A stretch of DNA of 55,998 bases from a virus (lineage: Duplodnaviria > Caudoviricetes), in the IMG/VR virus record IMGVR_UViG_3300006802_000116, positions 1 to 55,998 of that record. One strand, given 5' to 3'. Position 1 is the stretch's first letter, and each line of letters begins with the position of its first letter. Below the pieces are notes generated by a model, which was given only the letters and a program-made list of their open reading frames with translations, was not told where the DNA came from and did no database searches. Shown piece after piece: positions 9,533 through 18,884 of this stretch. A program made the translations under genes and the position numbers.

Positions 9533-10122
9533 AGAAACTGGGGTTCCAGGTCGAGAGCGCGGCGGAGATTGTTGACGGCGATCTCGAGGTCGTCCCGCGT
9601 CCCGCCGATGGCCTCGGCGTAGATGCGTTGAAAAGGGGCGTCCTGGTTGTTGCCCGTGAGCAGGTAGAGATCGAGGAAATTGGCGATTCGCTTGGGGTCG
9701 GAACCGCCGGTGCCGCGCCTGGCACTGATTTTGCCCGGCGTGTCGCGCATGTCAACCTGAGGCGCGCTATGGGTGAGGGCGCCAAGAATCGTGCGGACGT
9801 GCCATTGCAAGGGTGTGGCGTAGCAGGGCAGTGAGATGACGCGCAGCAGCAGAGGCACCTCGCTGTAGAGCTCGAGGTCGAGGTAATCGCGCTCGGAGCG
9901 GCGCTTGACGAAGCAGTCCTTCAGGCCAAAGAACACGACGCTGTCGTCTTCGCCGAGGACCCGTTCGGGCTTGGCAGCACTGGCGCCGTACTTGTAGAGC
10001 TGGCCAATCTGGTTGATGCCATAGCGCTGAATCTGGGGCTCTGGCGGACGTGGGGCAATGCCGTCGTCATCGCAGACCAGGTAGGCAAGGGCGGAGGTGT
10101 CGCGAGGTGCAAGTGCGCTCAT
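9529..10122 (-). CDS. Hypothetical protein
   Basis: Likely start MSALAPRD at 10122, 19 nt downstream of the conserved early motif. Confidence 0.65.
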   Translation of the reverse strand: MSALAPRDTSALAYLVCDDDGIAPRPPEPQIQRYGINQIGQLYKYGASAAKPERVLGEDDSVVFFGLKDCFVKRRSERDYLDLELYSEVPLLLRVISLPCYATPLQWHVRTILGALTHSAPQVDMRDTPGKISARRGTGGSDPKRIANFLDLYLLTGNNQDAPFQRIYAEAIGGTRDDLEIAVNNLRRALDLEPQFL

Positions 10123-10165
10123 GAGAAAACAGATAACTGCAATGCACCGCTGAAGAGGTGCATGC

Positions 10166-10197
10166 AAAAAGCCCCACCCTCAAGCGAGGGCGGGGCC
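10166..10197 (-). terminator. Rho-independent terminator
   Basis: gccccaccctc/gagggcggggc hairpin plus T-run on the minus strand. Confidence 0.65.
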
Positions 10198-10250
10198 AGT
10201 GCTGAACGGCTGCGCTGCGTAGACTAGGCGGACGAGGCGCAAGGCGCGGC

Positions 10251-10769
10251 ATGTACGCAATGGTGGGTGGGATGCAGGAGGCGACCTTGAGCGAGCCGAT
10301 GACGCCAGAGACCACGCCCGCCCCGGAGGTGGGGCGGCTGGTGCAGCTGCTGATCACGTTGGCCTCGATGCTCAAGGAACTGGAGACCCAGAGCCACCTG
10401 ACGCACCTCAACTATGAAGGGGAGAACTTCCTGGCGGTGCATGCCTTCCTGAAGGAGCAGTACGAGGCGCACCTCGAGCAGTTCGACACGGTGGCCGAGT
10501 TCGTGCGCAGCATGGACTACTGGATGCCGTTGTGCAGCTGCGGTCTGAAGGACGCGCTCAGCGGGTTCCAGAACATCTGCAGCCATGACGGCCGCGAGAT
10601 GCTGCTGACCTACTACGGCAACCTGGATGCGCTGGGGTTCCTGGCGAAGGAAGTGGAGCGCGTGGCCGCAGAGGTTGGCGCTCCTGATGTGCAGAACTAC
10701 ATGGCGGAGCTGGTGGGCGCCGCGTTCAAGGCGGGCTGGTTCTTGAAGGCCACGCTGCGGGGGTGCTAG
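10251..10769 (+). CDS. dps: Dps/ferritin-like DNA protection protein
   Basis: SHLTHLNYEGENFLAVHAFLKEQYE...FDTVAEFVRSM matches the Dps ferroxidase signature; C-terminal K..WFLKA. Confidence 0.85.
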   Translation: MYAMVGGMQEATLSEPMTPETTPAPEVGRLVQLLITLASMLKELETQSHLTHLNYEGENFLAVHAFLKEQYEAHLEQFDTVAEFVRSMDYWMPLCSCGLKDALSGFQNICSHDGREMLLTYYGNLDALGFLAKEVERVAAEVGAPDVQNYMAELVGAAFKAGWFLKATLRGC

Positions 10770-11269
10770 GCCGCGGTCCGTTGCTGCGGCAGGGGCGTTG
10801 AGGCGCCCTGTCTGACTGGCCGCAGGTACGGCACCTCGATCCAGCCACTGCGGGGTTCGCCGTAGAGGTAGGCGCGAGGGTTGTCGGTCGGCGTGCCAAG
10901 CCAGAGGAGGGCGTTGTCGTATAGCTCCTCGATCTGACTTTCGCCGCGGGCGACAACAGCCCGTGCGCAGCGCTGGTAGCGGCAGAGGTCCAGTACGAAT
11001 CCGTGGGCTAAGGGGCCGCACTCCTCGATGGCGTAGAGGTAGCCGCCATCCCACTCGGCGCGAACGGGATCGTTCTGCCAGGCAACGATCTGCTTGGGCT
11101 CCCAGGCTGGGATGCAGAAGTGTTGGCGCTGCCACTCGAGCGGCAGCCCCTGCCCCTTGCGTTGGAACTGGATGATGTACTGATTGCCGCCGAGGACTTG
11201 GCGGCGAGCGGCACGGAAGCGACGAGAGACTTCAGTGCCAGAGAAGTGGGTCTTAGGCGCGGCGGGCAT
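10766..11269 (-). CDS. Hypothetical protein
   Basis: 167-aa ORF with phage codon bias. Confidence 0.6.
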   Translation of the reverse strand: MPAAPKTHFSGTEVSRRFRAARRQVLGGNQYIIQFQRKGQGLPLEWQRQHFCIPAWEPKQIVAWQNDPVRAEWDGGYLYAIEECGPLAHGFVLDLCRYQRCARAVVARGESQIEELYDNALLWLGTPTDNPRAYLYGEPRSGWIEVPYLRPVRQGASTPLPQQRTAA

Positions 11270-11508
11270 CAGTCGTCGTGGACATTGGTGAGGGTGACGT
11301 CACGGGCGGCGAGCCATTCGTGCTCGCCCTCGATGAAGTCGATCAGGCTGTCCTCCAGGGCGGAGGGTTGCTGGTCGCGACCGGTGTGCAGCCGCAGACG
11401 GTGGCGGGTGAGAGAGAGATTGTCGGCGAGGGCTTTCGCCAGGTCGAGACCGGTCATTTGATTGAGGATCTGTCTGGCGTCGAGGTCGACGGTGATTAAG
11501 CGCTCCAT
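11269..11508 (-). CDS. Hypothetical protein
   Basis: 79-aa coupled ORF. Confidence 0.55.
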   Translation of the reverse strand: MERLITVDLDARQILNQMTGLDLAKALADNLSLTRHRLRLHTGRDQQPSALEDSLIDFIEGEHEWLAARDVTLTNVHDD

Positions 11509-11521
11509 GTGGGAGTTGTGG

Positions 11522-11758
11522 CTAACGGTTGGGGGATGGCCGCCTGCGTCGAGACATGGCTCGTTCCTCTGCTCGGGCAGCGCGGTTGGCTTGGACGTAG
11601 AGCTCGTATTGGGTGGGCTTGCGGCGGTTCTTGGCGAGTGCCTTGATGCCGCCGCGCTCGATCAACAGGGCGCAGAGCTTGAGGGCCGCGGCTGCGGCTT
11701 CGTGCTCGTTGGGGCTCTGGCTGAGGGCCAGGAGTTTCTCGAGGCGCTCGATGCTCAC
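11522..11758 (-). CDS. DUF2786-like protein
   Basis: IERLEKLLALSQSPNEHEAAAAALK; GTG start overlapping the upstream stop. Confidence 0.7.
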   Translation of the reverse strand: MSIERLEKLLALSQSPNEHEAAAAALKLCALLIERGGIKALAKNRRKPTQYELYVQANRAARAEERAMSRRRRPSPNR

Positions 11759-11970
11759 GGCTGGGGCGGATGGTGAATAGAGGCCCGCTTGAGGGCGGCC
11801 ATGGTGTTGCGTTCGGAGCGGGGATGTCGCTTGCGCCCGAAGGAGATGATCGTGTGGCCGCCGTTGGGGTGGGTGGCATGCCAATGGCGCCGGCCGGGCT
11901 TGATCGTGAACCCCAGCTCGAGCGCATAGCGGAGCATGGGGTCTTTGCGGAATAGGTGATTGGACGTCAT
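11755..11970 (-). CDS. HicA-like small basic protein
   Basis: ALELGFTIKPGRRHWHATHPNGG...ISFG...N..AALKR fits the HicA/dsRBD-like pattern with a conserved His. Confidence 0.55.
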   Translation of the reverse strand: MTSNHLFRKDPMLRYALELGFTIKPGRRHWHATHPNGGHTIISFGRKRHPRSERNTMAALKRASIHHPPQP

Positions 11971-12575
11971 GAGTAGTTCATTCCCTTCTCGTCGTTCTCG
12001 TCGAGGTTGACGCCGCGTTGCTTGAGCCAGGGGATCATGCAGGTGACGACCAGCTTCTGTGCCTCCATGGCGCGGGGCTTCTCGGCGGTACCGATGCGAC
12101 GGCAGGCGTAGTTGAAGCCGGCGCAGGCTTGATCGAGCAGCATCAGGAGATCGATGTCGATGTTGTGTTCAGCGGCGCGTGCGGCAGCGTTCTGCTTGCG
12201 CACCGTGGCGGGCCTGAGGCCGCGGTTGGGGATGACGGGCCGCTCGGCGACGGCGACGAGGGCCTGATGGTCGGCGGGTTCAAGGGCAGCGAGATGGTCA
12301 GGGTCGGCCCAGCCTTCTTCTCCAGGAGGGAGAGCAGGATCCCCCGTTGGCGGTTCGTCAAAGTCGAGTTCGAGAAGTGAAGCCTTGATCTCGTCGTCGT
12401 AGCGGAGGGCGGCGTCGTCGAAGACAAAGCCCTTCTTGACGATGCCGCGCAGGGACCTGGGGATGAGGGCGACGCATTCGCTGCCAGCTGCGGTCTTCTT
12501 GTTGAAGTAGAAGAAGTCGTAGTCGGGGTTGCGGGAGGAGGGCTTGGGATCAGAGGTGGCGATGCGGACGGCCAT
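11967..12575 (-). CDS. Hypothetical protein
   Basis: 202 aa, strong codon bias. Confidence 0.65.
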   Translation of the reverse strand: MAVRIATSDPKPSSRNPDYDFFYFNKKTAAGSECVALIPRSLRGIVKKGFVFDDAALRYDDEIKASLLELDFDEPPTGDPALPPGEEGWADPDHLAALEPADHQALVAVAERPVIPNRGLRPATVRKQNAAARAAEHNIDIDLLMLLDQACAGFNYACRRIGTAEKPRAMEAQKLVVTCMIPWLKQRGVNLDENDEKGMNYS

Positions 12576-12767
12576 GATCTGAGGTGGTAGTGGAAAGAAC
12601 GGAGGACCTTCTGGACAAACGCCGCAGCCGCTGAATCCAGAAGGAGAAAGCAGCCGATACGGCGATAAAGGTCGGGGGGATCACAGAGCTCGCGGAGAAC
12701 GAGGTGAGCGCGGTTGGTCTGAGGCGTGATCAGCGTGTGGCCGCTGGGGGATTGGGAGACCAGGAAG

Positions 12768-12980
12768 TCAGTCCGAGCGGCGGAAGAAGGGCGAGTCCGG
12801 CCCGTACTGATTGATGTAGTGCGGGAAGGCGGCGTGGATGCGCCGAGCGTTGTCGTTGTCGGCGCGGGAGATGGCGACGGCAAGGGCTGAGACAAAGCCA
12901 CCGCCGTAGCAGCGCATGGCATTGACGATGCCGGGGCGGTGGCGGATGAAGGTGTCGTAGTCAACAGAGGGGATGATCAT
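12768..12980 (-). CDS. Hypothetical protein (YGGGFVSALA motif)
   Basis: 70-aa coupled ORF. Confidence 0.6.
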   Translation of the reverse strand: MIIPSVDYDTFIRHRPGIVNAMRCYGGGFVSALAVAISRADNDNARRIHAAFPHYINQYGPDSPFFRRSD

Positions 12981-13675
12981 TTGATGGACCAGCTGGTGCG
13001 GGTGATCAGGCGGGCGCCGGCAATCTCCTGTCCGGCCTTGATGGCGGCCTTGATCGAGGCCTTGTCCGGTTCGCGGGTGGACTTGACCCGGAACATGTCG
13101 TCGGGGATCAAGTCTTCGTCGTCGATCTCGACAGACTCGCTGCGGCGCGAGCGCAGTTCGTGGGTGGGCAGGGAGAACTTGCTCTCACCGGGCTGCAGGG
13201 CGGTGAGCACCTTGAGCATGTAATCGGTGAGGGACTGGGCGCGGCGCTGGTCTGCAGCGGCCAGGTCGGCGAGGCGCTTGGCCTGGTCCTTGCGGAACTG
13301 AGCGACGGCCTGCAGGTGGTCGATGTAGCGGCAGATGTTGTCCGCCTTGTCGGCCAGGGCTGACTTGGTGTGCTGGGCGGCCTCGAGGTACTGCTCGATC
13401 AGGGCGATGGCCGTTGACTCCTGGGTGGGGTCGTCGGTGTCGAGCAGCTCGGCGGCGAGGGCGAGCTCACCGTCAATCACCTGGGCCTGGATACCGAGGG
13501 CGTAAAGGGAGGTGCCGCCCGTCGCTCTGGATTCAGCCGACGGGTTGAGCGCTGCCGGTGACGATGGCGCTGGGCCAGTGGTCGGTGTAGCCGCGCCGGA
13601 GCTGGCTGAGGTAGTGGTTGCGTTCCCGTTGACTGGAGAAATCGCAGCGCCAGGTGAGGCTGGTGCGGAGGTCAT
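12977..13675 (-). CDS. Siphovirus Gp157-family protein
   Basis: KADNI, coiled coil, RRSESVEIDDEDLIPDDM...PDKASIKAAIKAGQEIAGARL. Confidence 0.85.
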   Translation of the reverse strand: MTSAPASPGAAISPVNGNATTTSASSGAATPTTGPAPSSPAALNPSAESRATGGTSLYALGIQAQVIDGELALAAELLDTDDPTQESTAIALIEQYLEAAQHTKSALADKADNICRYIDHLQAVAQFRKDQAKRLADLAAADQRRAQSLTDYMLKVLTALQPGESKFSLPTHELRSRRSESVEIDDEDLIPDDMFRVKSTREPDKASIKAAIKAGQEIAGARLITRTSWSIK

Positions 13676-13701
13676 AGACGTAGGCGGAGAGGCGGTGGGT
13701 G

Positions 13702-13911
13702 CTAGTGGTGCGCCGGACGAGATAGCGATGACCGGGAGCGCTGGAGTTGACGGTCAAAGGTCGCCAGTTGCTGGCGGAGTCGTCGGATGGAGTCCCGGTC
13801 CTGGCTGGGGTCGCCGCGCTTGAGGGCGCGCTCGGCGTCCGCCAGGAGCTGAGCAGTCGCATCCCGCAGGCGAACCATCGGGCCAAGTCGGCGATCGGCG
13901 TCATTGGACAT
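13702..13911 (-). CDS. Hypothetical protein
   Basis: Likely start MSNDADRR. Confidence 0.45.
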   Translation of the reverse strand: MSNDADRRLGPMVRLRDATAQLLADAERALKRGDPSQDRDSIRRLRQQLATFDRQLQRSRSSLSRPAHH

Positions 13912-13949
13912 GCTGCATGCCGTGGCGTGCGCATTGTGGCGAGGAATCA

Positions 13950-13992
13950 AGAAAAAGGAAGCCCCGGCGGGCGAAACGCTCACCGGGGCGTG
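13950..13992 (-). terminator. Rho-independent terminator
   Basis: gccccgg...ccggggc stem plus T-rich tail on the minus strand. Confidence 0.6.
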
Positions 13993-13997
13993 CGGAC

Positions 13998-14384
13998 TCA
14001 GGCGGTCACCGCAGCAGGTGCGGGGGCAGGCGTGGCGGCGACCACGGCTTCCGTGGCGGTTTCAGCAGCGGCGAGGCCGTGCTTGACCGCCTTGGTGTAG
14101 AGCGCCTTGGTGTAGACCTCCTTGGCCGTGATCGCGTAGACGCCGGTCGGGGTCTGGACGATCTTGCCGAAGTGGAGGGTGCCAGTGTCCGGGCACTCGA
14201 AGGTGTCAGCTGGATTGTCCTTGCCGACCATGTCGGTCAGGTGGTCGGACTTGAAGCCGGCGTTGATCGCCGTCTCGCGCCGGGCCATGCCACCGTTGCG
14301 GTTGCTGACCCAGGCGGCTTCGGCGTGCGTCCAGTTGGAGCCGGAATACAGACGCAGGGCGAGAGGACCGAGGTTGAGTTCCAT
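13998..14384 (-). CDS. Hypothetical protein, probably highly expressed
   Basis: Likely start MELNLG; has its own upstream motif and downstream terminator; strong codon bias. Confidence 0.65.
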   Translation of the reverse strand: MELNLGPLALRLYSGSNWTHAEAAWVSNRNGGMARRETAINAGFKSDHLTDMVGKDNPADTFECPDTGTLHFGKIVQTPTGVYAITAKEVYTKALYTKAVKHGLAAAETATEAVVAATPAPAPAAVTA

Positions 14385-14459
14385 GATGAAAGAAGAGAAT
14401 GAACGAAGCAGGCCCCTTCCATGCACTGCTGAAAGAGGCCATAAACAAACAGAACTAGA

Positions 14460-14990
14460 ATGCGAGTACGCAATGCCATAGCGACTGCCATGTTTGGCGT
14501 TCCTGAGCGAGTAGGCGCTCTCGATGACAAGATTCGCGGCTACTTCGCCAACCAGCAGCGGATTGGGGAGGCGGCTAAGCGCAAGGCGGTGACGGCGGAT
14601 GTGCTCAGCCAGCTCAAGAGCAATCCCGATACGGCTGCCAAGCGCGTGGGTGCGCGCTATGGCGTATCAGAGGGTGGCCTTGCTGATCTCAAGGCGATGC
14701 TGCTGCGGCAGCCTGGCGCGCGGTCGGCTGAGGTGTTTGCGCCGAATCCCGACGTCTTGATTCAAGGCGTCGCCGACCAGGCGGCAGCGAGCGATCCATT
14801 GAATCGACTGCGCGGCATGCTGGCTGGGACCAGTCCGACTGAGCGCGCTGGCCAGGTGGCGTTCTACGGAGCAACCGGCGGCGGCGCGGTTGCCGGCCTG
14901 ACCGCAGCAGGGCAGGGTCTGATGGCGCTGATGAGCTACCTGCAGCAGGGGCAGGAGGTCGAGGCCGAGCGGGAGCAACCGCTGGCCTGA
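14460..14990 (+). CDS. Ala/Gly/Gln-rich hypothetical protein (resembles late internal virion proteins)
   Basis: Plus-strand island after TAGAAT at 14456; C-terminal GGGAVAGLTAAGQGLMALM; exact start uncertain. Confidence 0.55.
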   Translation: MRVRNAIATAMFGVPERVGALDDKIRGYFANQQRIGEAAKRKAVTADVLSQLKSNPDTAAKRVGARYGVSEGGLADLKAMLLRQPGARSAEVFAPNPDVLIQGVADQAAASDPLNRLRGMLAGTSPTERAGQVAFYGATGGGAVAGLTAAGQGLMALMSYLQQGQEVEAEREQPLA

Positions 14991-15352
14991 TGGAGATGCC
15001 GGCGCGCTGGGAGTGTGCGCTATGGCTGCGTGTCAAGGCAGCGCTAGAGGCGGCTGGCAAGACACGGACGAGCTATTGGGTGATGGCGGATGAAGCGGTG
15101 AGGTTGTGCAGGATGGGCCGACGTGGATAACGACTTCCCGACGTTGATGGCTGGCGAGCGGCTGGGATTGCCGCCGCTGCGCCTCAAGGAAGGACTTCAG
15201 AATGGCAGCCTGCATGGTGAGCTGATGGCGATGCGGATTGGTTCGCTGATGGCAAGTAATCCAATGGCGCCGGAGCAGAGTTGGCCGGGCTACAAGTTGA
15301 GCGGTGAAGTACAGCCCGAGGTGACCTACGGGGCGTGATGCACTGGGCGTGT

Positions 15353-15390
15353 AAAAAGAAAGCCCTGCCCGAAGGCCGGCAGGGCGGGCG
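15353..15390 (-). terminator. Terminator closing the Ubl operon
   Basis: gccctgcc/ggcagggc hairpin plus TTTCTTTTT on the minus strand. Confidence 0.7.
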
Positions 15391-15394
15391 GTGA

Positions 15395-16039
15395 TCAGGC
15401 CTGGATGCGGTCCAGGCGGTCGTTGATCTCGTTGCGTAAGTGGCTGATGGCGGTGTTCAGGGAGTGGCAGTGGTCCCGCAGCTCGGAGATGCGCTGCTCG
15501 GCGCGCGTGCGGTAGTCCTCGTCGCTGGGGACATCGAGCAAGCTGCGCAGATCGCTGGCGTCGTAGAGGCCGGCCAGGGCCGCGCGCAGGGAGTTGCGCA
15601 TGACGCGGGAGAGTTCGCCGTTGGGATGGTTCAGTTGCGTGCCGATGGCGACGTCGAGACTGGTGCGGAAGTCCGGTTCGCAGAGGCATTCGCGCAGGAC
15701 AAGGCGGACCTGTTGGCGCAGGTTGTCGCTAGCGCGCTCATCGAGGTTGCTGCTGAGCCGGCGCAGTAGCCAGTGGTCGCCGCCTTGGCCGCTGGTGTAG
15801 TAGGTCTCAATCTCGTTGCGCAGGGCGGTCACCGCGAGCTGAGCGAGCTGTTCTTGCTGCGCGGCGGACTGGAGTAGGCGCTGGGCGATGGCGCTGGCCT
15901 GCTCGTCGGTGAGTTCGAGCTGCTCGAGTTGCTCCTTGGCCTGCTCGAGGATGGCGGCGTAGGCGGTGTGCAGGTTGTCGAGTTGAAGGACGATGCCGTT
16001 GATGTCGGTGGTGGCGGGCTTGGTGGCGGTAGCGGTCAT
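15395..16039 (-). CDS. Coiled-coil protein, last gene of the Ubl operon
   Basis: Start MTATATKP at 16039, 1 nt after the E1 stop; heptad-rich. Confidence 0.65.
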   Translation of the reverse strand: MTATATKPATTDINGIVLQLDNLHTAYAAILEQAKEQLEQLELTDEQASAIAQRLLQSAAQQEQLAQLAVTALRNEIETYYTSGQGGDHWLLRRLSSNLDERASDNLRQQVRLVLRECLCEPDFRTSLDVAIGTQLNHPNGELSRVMRNSLRAALAGLYDASDLRSLLDVPSDEDYRTRAEQRISELRDHCHSLNTAISHLRNEINDRLDRIQA

Positions 16040-16040
16040 G

Positions 16041-16748
16041 TCAGGAAGCGGAGAGTTGGAAGGTGCGACCGTTGAAGAACAGGGAACTAGCAGCGCTGGG
16101 CAGTTGGTCGTCGAGGATGTTCTGAACCACGGCCAGCGTGAGAGTGGCGGCCATCGCATTGGCGGTGATCAGTTGCGGTGAGCTGACTTGCTCGAGCATG
16201 CAGCCGCCATCGCGGGGGATGACGTCTTGCGGGCGCTCGATGTTGGGGAAGACCAGGGCAGGATTGATGCCGTAGGTGTGCGGGCCGACGCGGCCGTACC
16301 AGAGGACGTTGCCTTTGATCGCAGCCGCTGGATCGTCAGCGCCTGCGTTGCCGGGCGTGACGAAGAAGAAGTCGGCGTCCGATGCTTCGAGGTTGTCGAG
16401 CAGCATCTTGCGGGTGGCGTCGTTGTCGACCGAGGCCACCACCAGCAGGGTGCCGGTGGTGGTGCGCAGGATGGCCTTGAAGTAGTCGGCGTCGAGATAG
16501 CGGGCGCGGGTGTCAATGCGCAGGCCCTGGCTGGCGCAGAGGGTCTGCAGCCATTCGACCTTGGTCAGGCCGACGGCTGCATCGCCGCAGGGCTGGCGGG
16601 TGGCGTTATGGGGCTCAAAGCTGTCGCCGTCGTGGATCGTGATCGAACTGCCGCCGGATGGGTGGTACTGGAGCAGGCGAGCCAGCAGCGGGATGAGGTG
16701 TCCGCCGGTGCCGCCAGCGCCGATGACGTGGGTGTGGGTGATGTTCAC
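16041..16748 (-). CDS. ThiF/E1-like ubiquitin-like-protein activating enzyme
   Basis: VIGAGGTGG nucleotide loop, DGDSFEPHNATRQ, K, VDNDATR, candidate catalytic Cys in GGCMLEQ followed by PQLITAN. Confidence 0.9.
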   Translation of the reverse strand: MNITHTHVIGAGGTGGHLIPLLARLLQYHPSGGSSITIHDGDSFEPHNATRQPCGDAAVGLTKVEWLQTLCASQGLRIDTRARYLDADYFKAILRTTTGTLLVVASVDNDATRKMLLDNLEASDADFFFVTPGNAGADDPAAAIKGNVLWYGRVGPHTYGINPALVFPNIERPQDVIPRDGGCMLEQVSSPQLITANAMAATLTLAVVQNILDDQLPSAASSLFFNGRTFQLSAS

Positions 16749-17824
16749 AGGGCGGGTGTTGGGGTGCTGAGTTGGAGTTGGCCAAGGATCTGACCGTTGA
16801 GCAGAACGCCCTCGTTGGTGTCGGCGATGGCGTCGAACAGCCAGCAGTGGCCGTCGGGCAGGGGATCACCGACCCAAAGGGAGCGGGTGGAGCCGTCGGG
16901 CAGGGTGACCTCCTGCCAGGTGGCGGGTAGGACGGCCAGATCGCCGATGATGCGGGCGGATTGGGCGGTCGCCAGGAGCAGGAAGGATTGCCGCAGGGCC
17001 GGCGTAGCGCGGCAGTAGATCAAGGCGTGCTCGCTATCGCTCAGGAGCGGAAAGAGCAGGCCGTCGTAGCTGAGGCGTGCGCAGTTGACCTCCGAGCGGA
17101 TCTCGGCGGTGTAGTCCTCGTGATCGCTGATCGTGAGCAGGTCCTCATTGCCGGGGATGGAGGCATAGGCCTCGGCGGCGTCAGCGAGCGAGCGGGGCCG
17201 GACGCTGTAGTGCCCCCAGCAGACTTCGCCGTAGGGGTCGTAGACATTGAGGACCCGCTCGGCGGTGGTGAAGAAGTAGGGACCGGTCTCGCCGTCGGAG
17301 CGGTAGCCCTGCATGCGCACGCACCAGGGAGAGTGATCGAGCTGACGGGAAGGCGTCAGGCTCTGGGCGTCGAGGTAGAGCGAGAAGCGGATGTTCTCGA
17401 AGCTGACGTCCTCGCTGCCGGTGAAGTCACCGATGTCCTCGCCGGCGAGGCACGGCCATTCGACACCCCTGAGGCCGTCGGTGTAGCAGGGGCAGGGCGA
17501 GGCGATGCGGACGCGGGTGGCGCAGCCGTAGATGCTGGCTTCCTCGCCGTCGTATTCGATGTCGCAGCGGACGTCGGAGTCGTCTGCCGTGACGTATTCG
17601 AAGTAGTACTTGCAGCCGTGGCAGTTGTCCTCGAAGAACTGATCGCGTGTGCTGCTGACATTGGCTGCGGCGAGGGTGCGCCAGGGGCCCTGGATCCAGG
17701 CGTCGATGCGCAGCGGGTGATCCAGGACGCCGTCGTCACGGGTGATGCCGGCCAGTGATGCCCCCTTGGGGAGGGGCATGATCTGGACCAGGGGCGCTTC
17801 AGTGATGCAGAAGGGTGTGGTCAT
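16745..17824 (-). CDS. Prokaryotic E2-like conjugating protein with Cys-rich N-terminal region
   Basis: LNVYDPYGEVCWG matches the E2 active-site pattern (P)N(V/I)xxxGx(I/V)C; lies between JAB and E1. Confidence 0.65.
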   Translation of the reverse strand: MTTPFCITEAPLVQIMPLPKGASLAGITRDDGVLDHPLRIDAWIQGPWRTLAAANVSSTRDQFFEDNCHGCKYYFEYVTADDSDVRCDIEYDGEEASIYGCATRVRIASPCPCYTDGLRGVEWPCLAGEDIGDFTGSEDVSFENIRFSLYLDAQSLTPSRQLDHSPWCVRMQGYRSDGETGPYFFTTAERVLNVYDPYGEVCWGHYSVRPRSLADAAEAYASIPGNEDLLTISDHEDYTAEIRSEVNCARLSYDGLLFPLLSDSEHALIYCRATPALRQSFLLLATAQSARIIGDLAVLPATWQEVTLPDGSTRSLWVGDPLPDGHCWLFDAIADTNEGVLLNGQILGQLQLSTPTPAL

Positions 17825-18827
17825 CGGCGGTCTGCGGGGTATCGATGGTGTCTTCCCAGGTCTCGTTGACCAGGTCGTTGAGCAGATCGGTGAGCTGCCA
17901 GTGCAGTTCCTCGAGCTGGTTGATGTCGCGCTGGTTGTAGGTATGGCCCGGGCCTGGCTTGAGTAGGGCGCCGATGGCGGCGCGCAGGCCGTCGACCGGT
18001 GACGCGGCAGGCGGGCTGCCCTGATTGGTGGCGATCAGGTCGTCGTCGTCAAACCAGGCGCCGCCGTAGAGGTCGTGCCAGTGGTCATGCCAAGAGCCGG
18101 CCGGCGGCGCGCTCTGGCGTTTGGGCAGCCAGGAGTAGGAGGGTGATCCGGTGGCGACGAGGGGCTGCCACTTCGGGGTCTCGAGCTTGATGATCTCGAG
18201 GACCGAGGGATGGGGTTTGACGTCCGGGACGGGGGTGGTGTCGATGACGGCGTCGTGGGGGATCAGGAAGCGGCGGTGGTTGGCGGTGACGGAGGCTTTG
18301 AGGGTGTAGTTGCGCTTGGTGGTGTTGATGTCACCGATGACGACGTGCAGGCCGGGATCGCCCAGCTCGAACTTGTCGTCGGTGCCGGAGAAGAAGCTCG
18401 ACATCGTGTTGTGGCTGTGGCTGGAACCGCAGGGGATCCAGCCGGCCGGCGGGTAGTGCTCGATGACTTCGCCGGTTTCGATGTCGATGGCTTTGTCGAA
18501 GGAGCTGACGCGGACCGAGGCGCCGGAGACCTCCTGCTGGGGGACCAGGATGCGCCACTGGGAGCGGTCGTCTTCGTGGCGCAGCAGTCTGCAGGAGACC
18601 TCCAGGTTGCGCTTGTCCCGCTCGGTCATCTGGAAGCAGAGCTGAACCCAGCGCTGCCAGAGGTCGGCGGGGATGGGGGTGATGTCGTCTCGCAGTTCAA
18701 AGCCCTTGAGCTGCTCGTCGGTGATGATCGTGTCGGCATCGGGGTCAGGGATCTGCCGCAGGAATGTGCCCCAGGAGTTGGTGGCCAGTTCCCAACAGCC
18801 GTCGTGGGCGGTGCGCAGGATGGTCAT
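17799..18827 (-). CDS. JAB/JAMM (MPN+) metalloprotease
   Basis: E...HSHNTMSSFFSGTD is an exact HxH-x7-S-x2-D motif; also VPQQEVSGASV and GLHVVIG as in PRTRC-type JABs. Confidence 0.88.
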   Translation of the reverse strand: MTILRTAHDGCWELATNSWGTFLRQIPDPDADTIITDEQLKGFELRDDITPIPADLWQRWVQLCFQMTERDKRNLEVSCRLLRHEDDRSQWRILVPQQEVSGASVRVSSFDKAIDIETGEVIEHYPPAGWIPCGSSHSHNTMSSFFSGTDDKFELGDPGLHVVIGDINTTKRNYTLKASVTANHRRFLIPHDAVIDTTPVPDVKPHPSVLEIIKLETPKWQPLVATGSPSYSWLPKRQSAPPAGSWHDHWHDLYGGAWFDDDDLIATNQGSPPAASPVDGLRAAIGALLKPGPGHTYNQRDINQLEELHWQLTDLLNDLVNETWEDTIDTPQTADDHTLLHH

Positions 18828-18840
18828 GGAATGGCGTGAG

Positions 18841-18875
18841 CAAAAGAAAAGGCCCCCGGCGCGCGGGAGCCTGGT
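18841..18875 (-). terminator. Internal terminator/attenuator between the Ubl and JAB genes
   Basis: ggcccccg/cgggagcc hairpin plus TTTTCTTTT on the minus strand. Confidence 0.5.
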
Positions 18876-18884
18876 GAGTGGTGG

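Noticed and set aside
16041-16748. ThiF/MoeB for thiamine or molybdopterin synthesis
   Set aside because: No thiG, thiS-type GG carrier or moa genes are present; the neighbours are E2-like and JAB genes.
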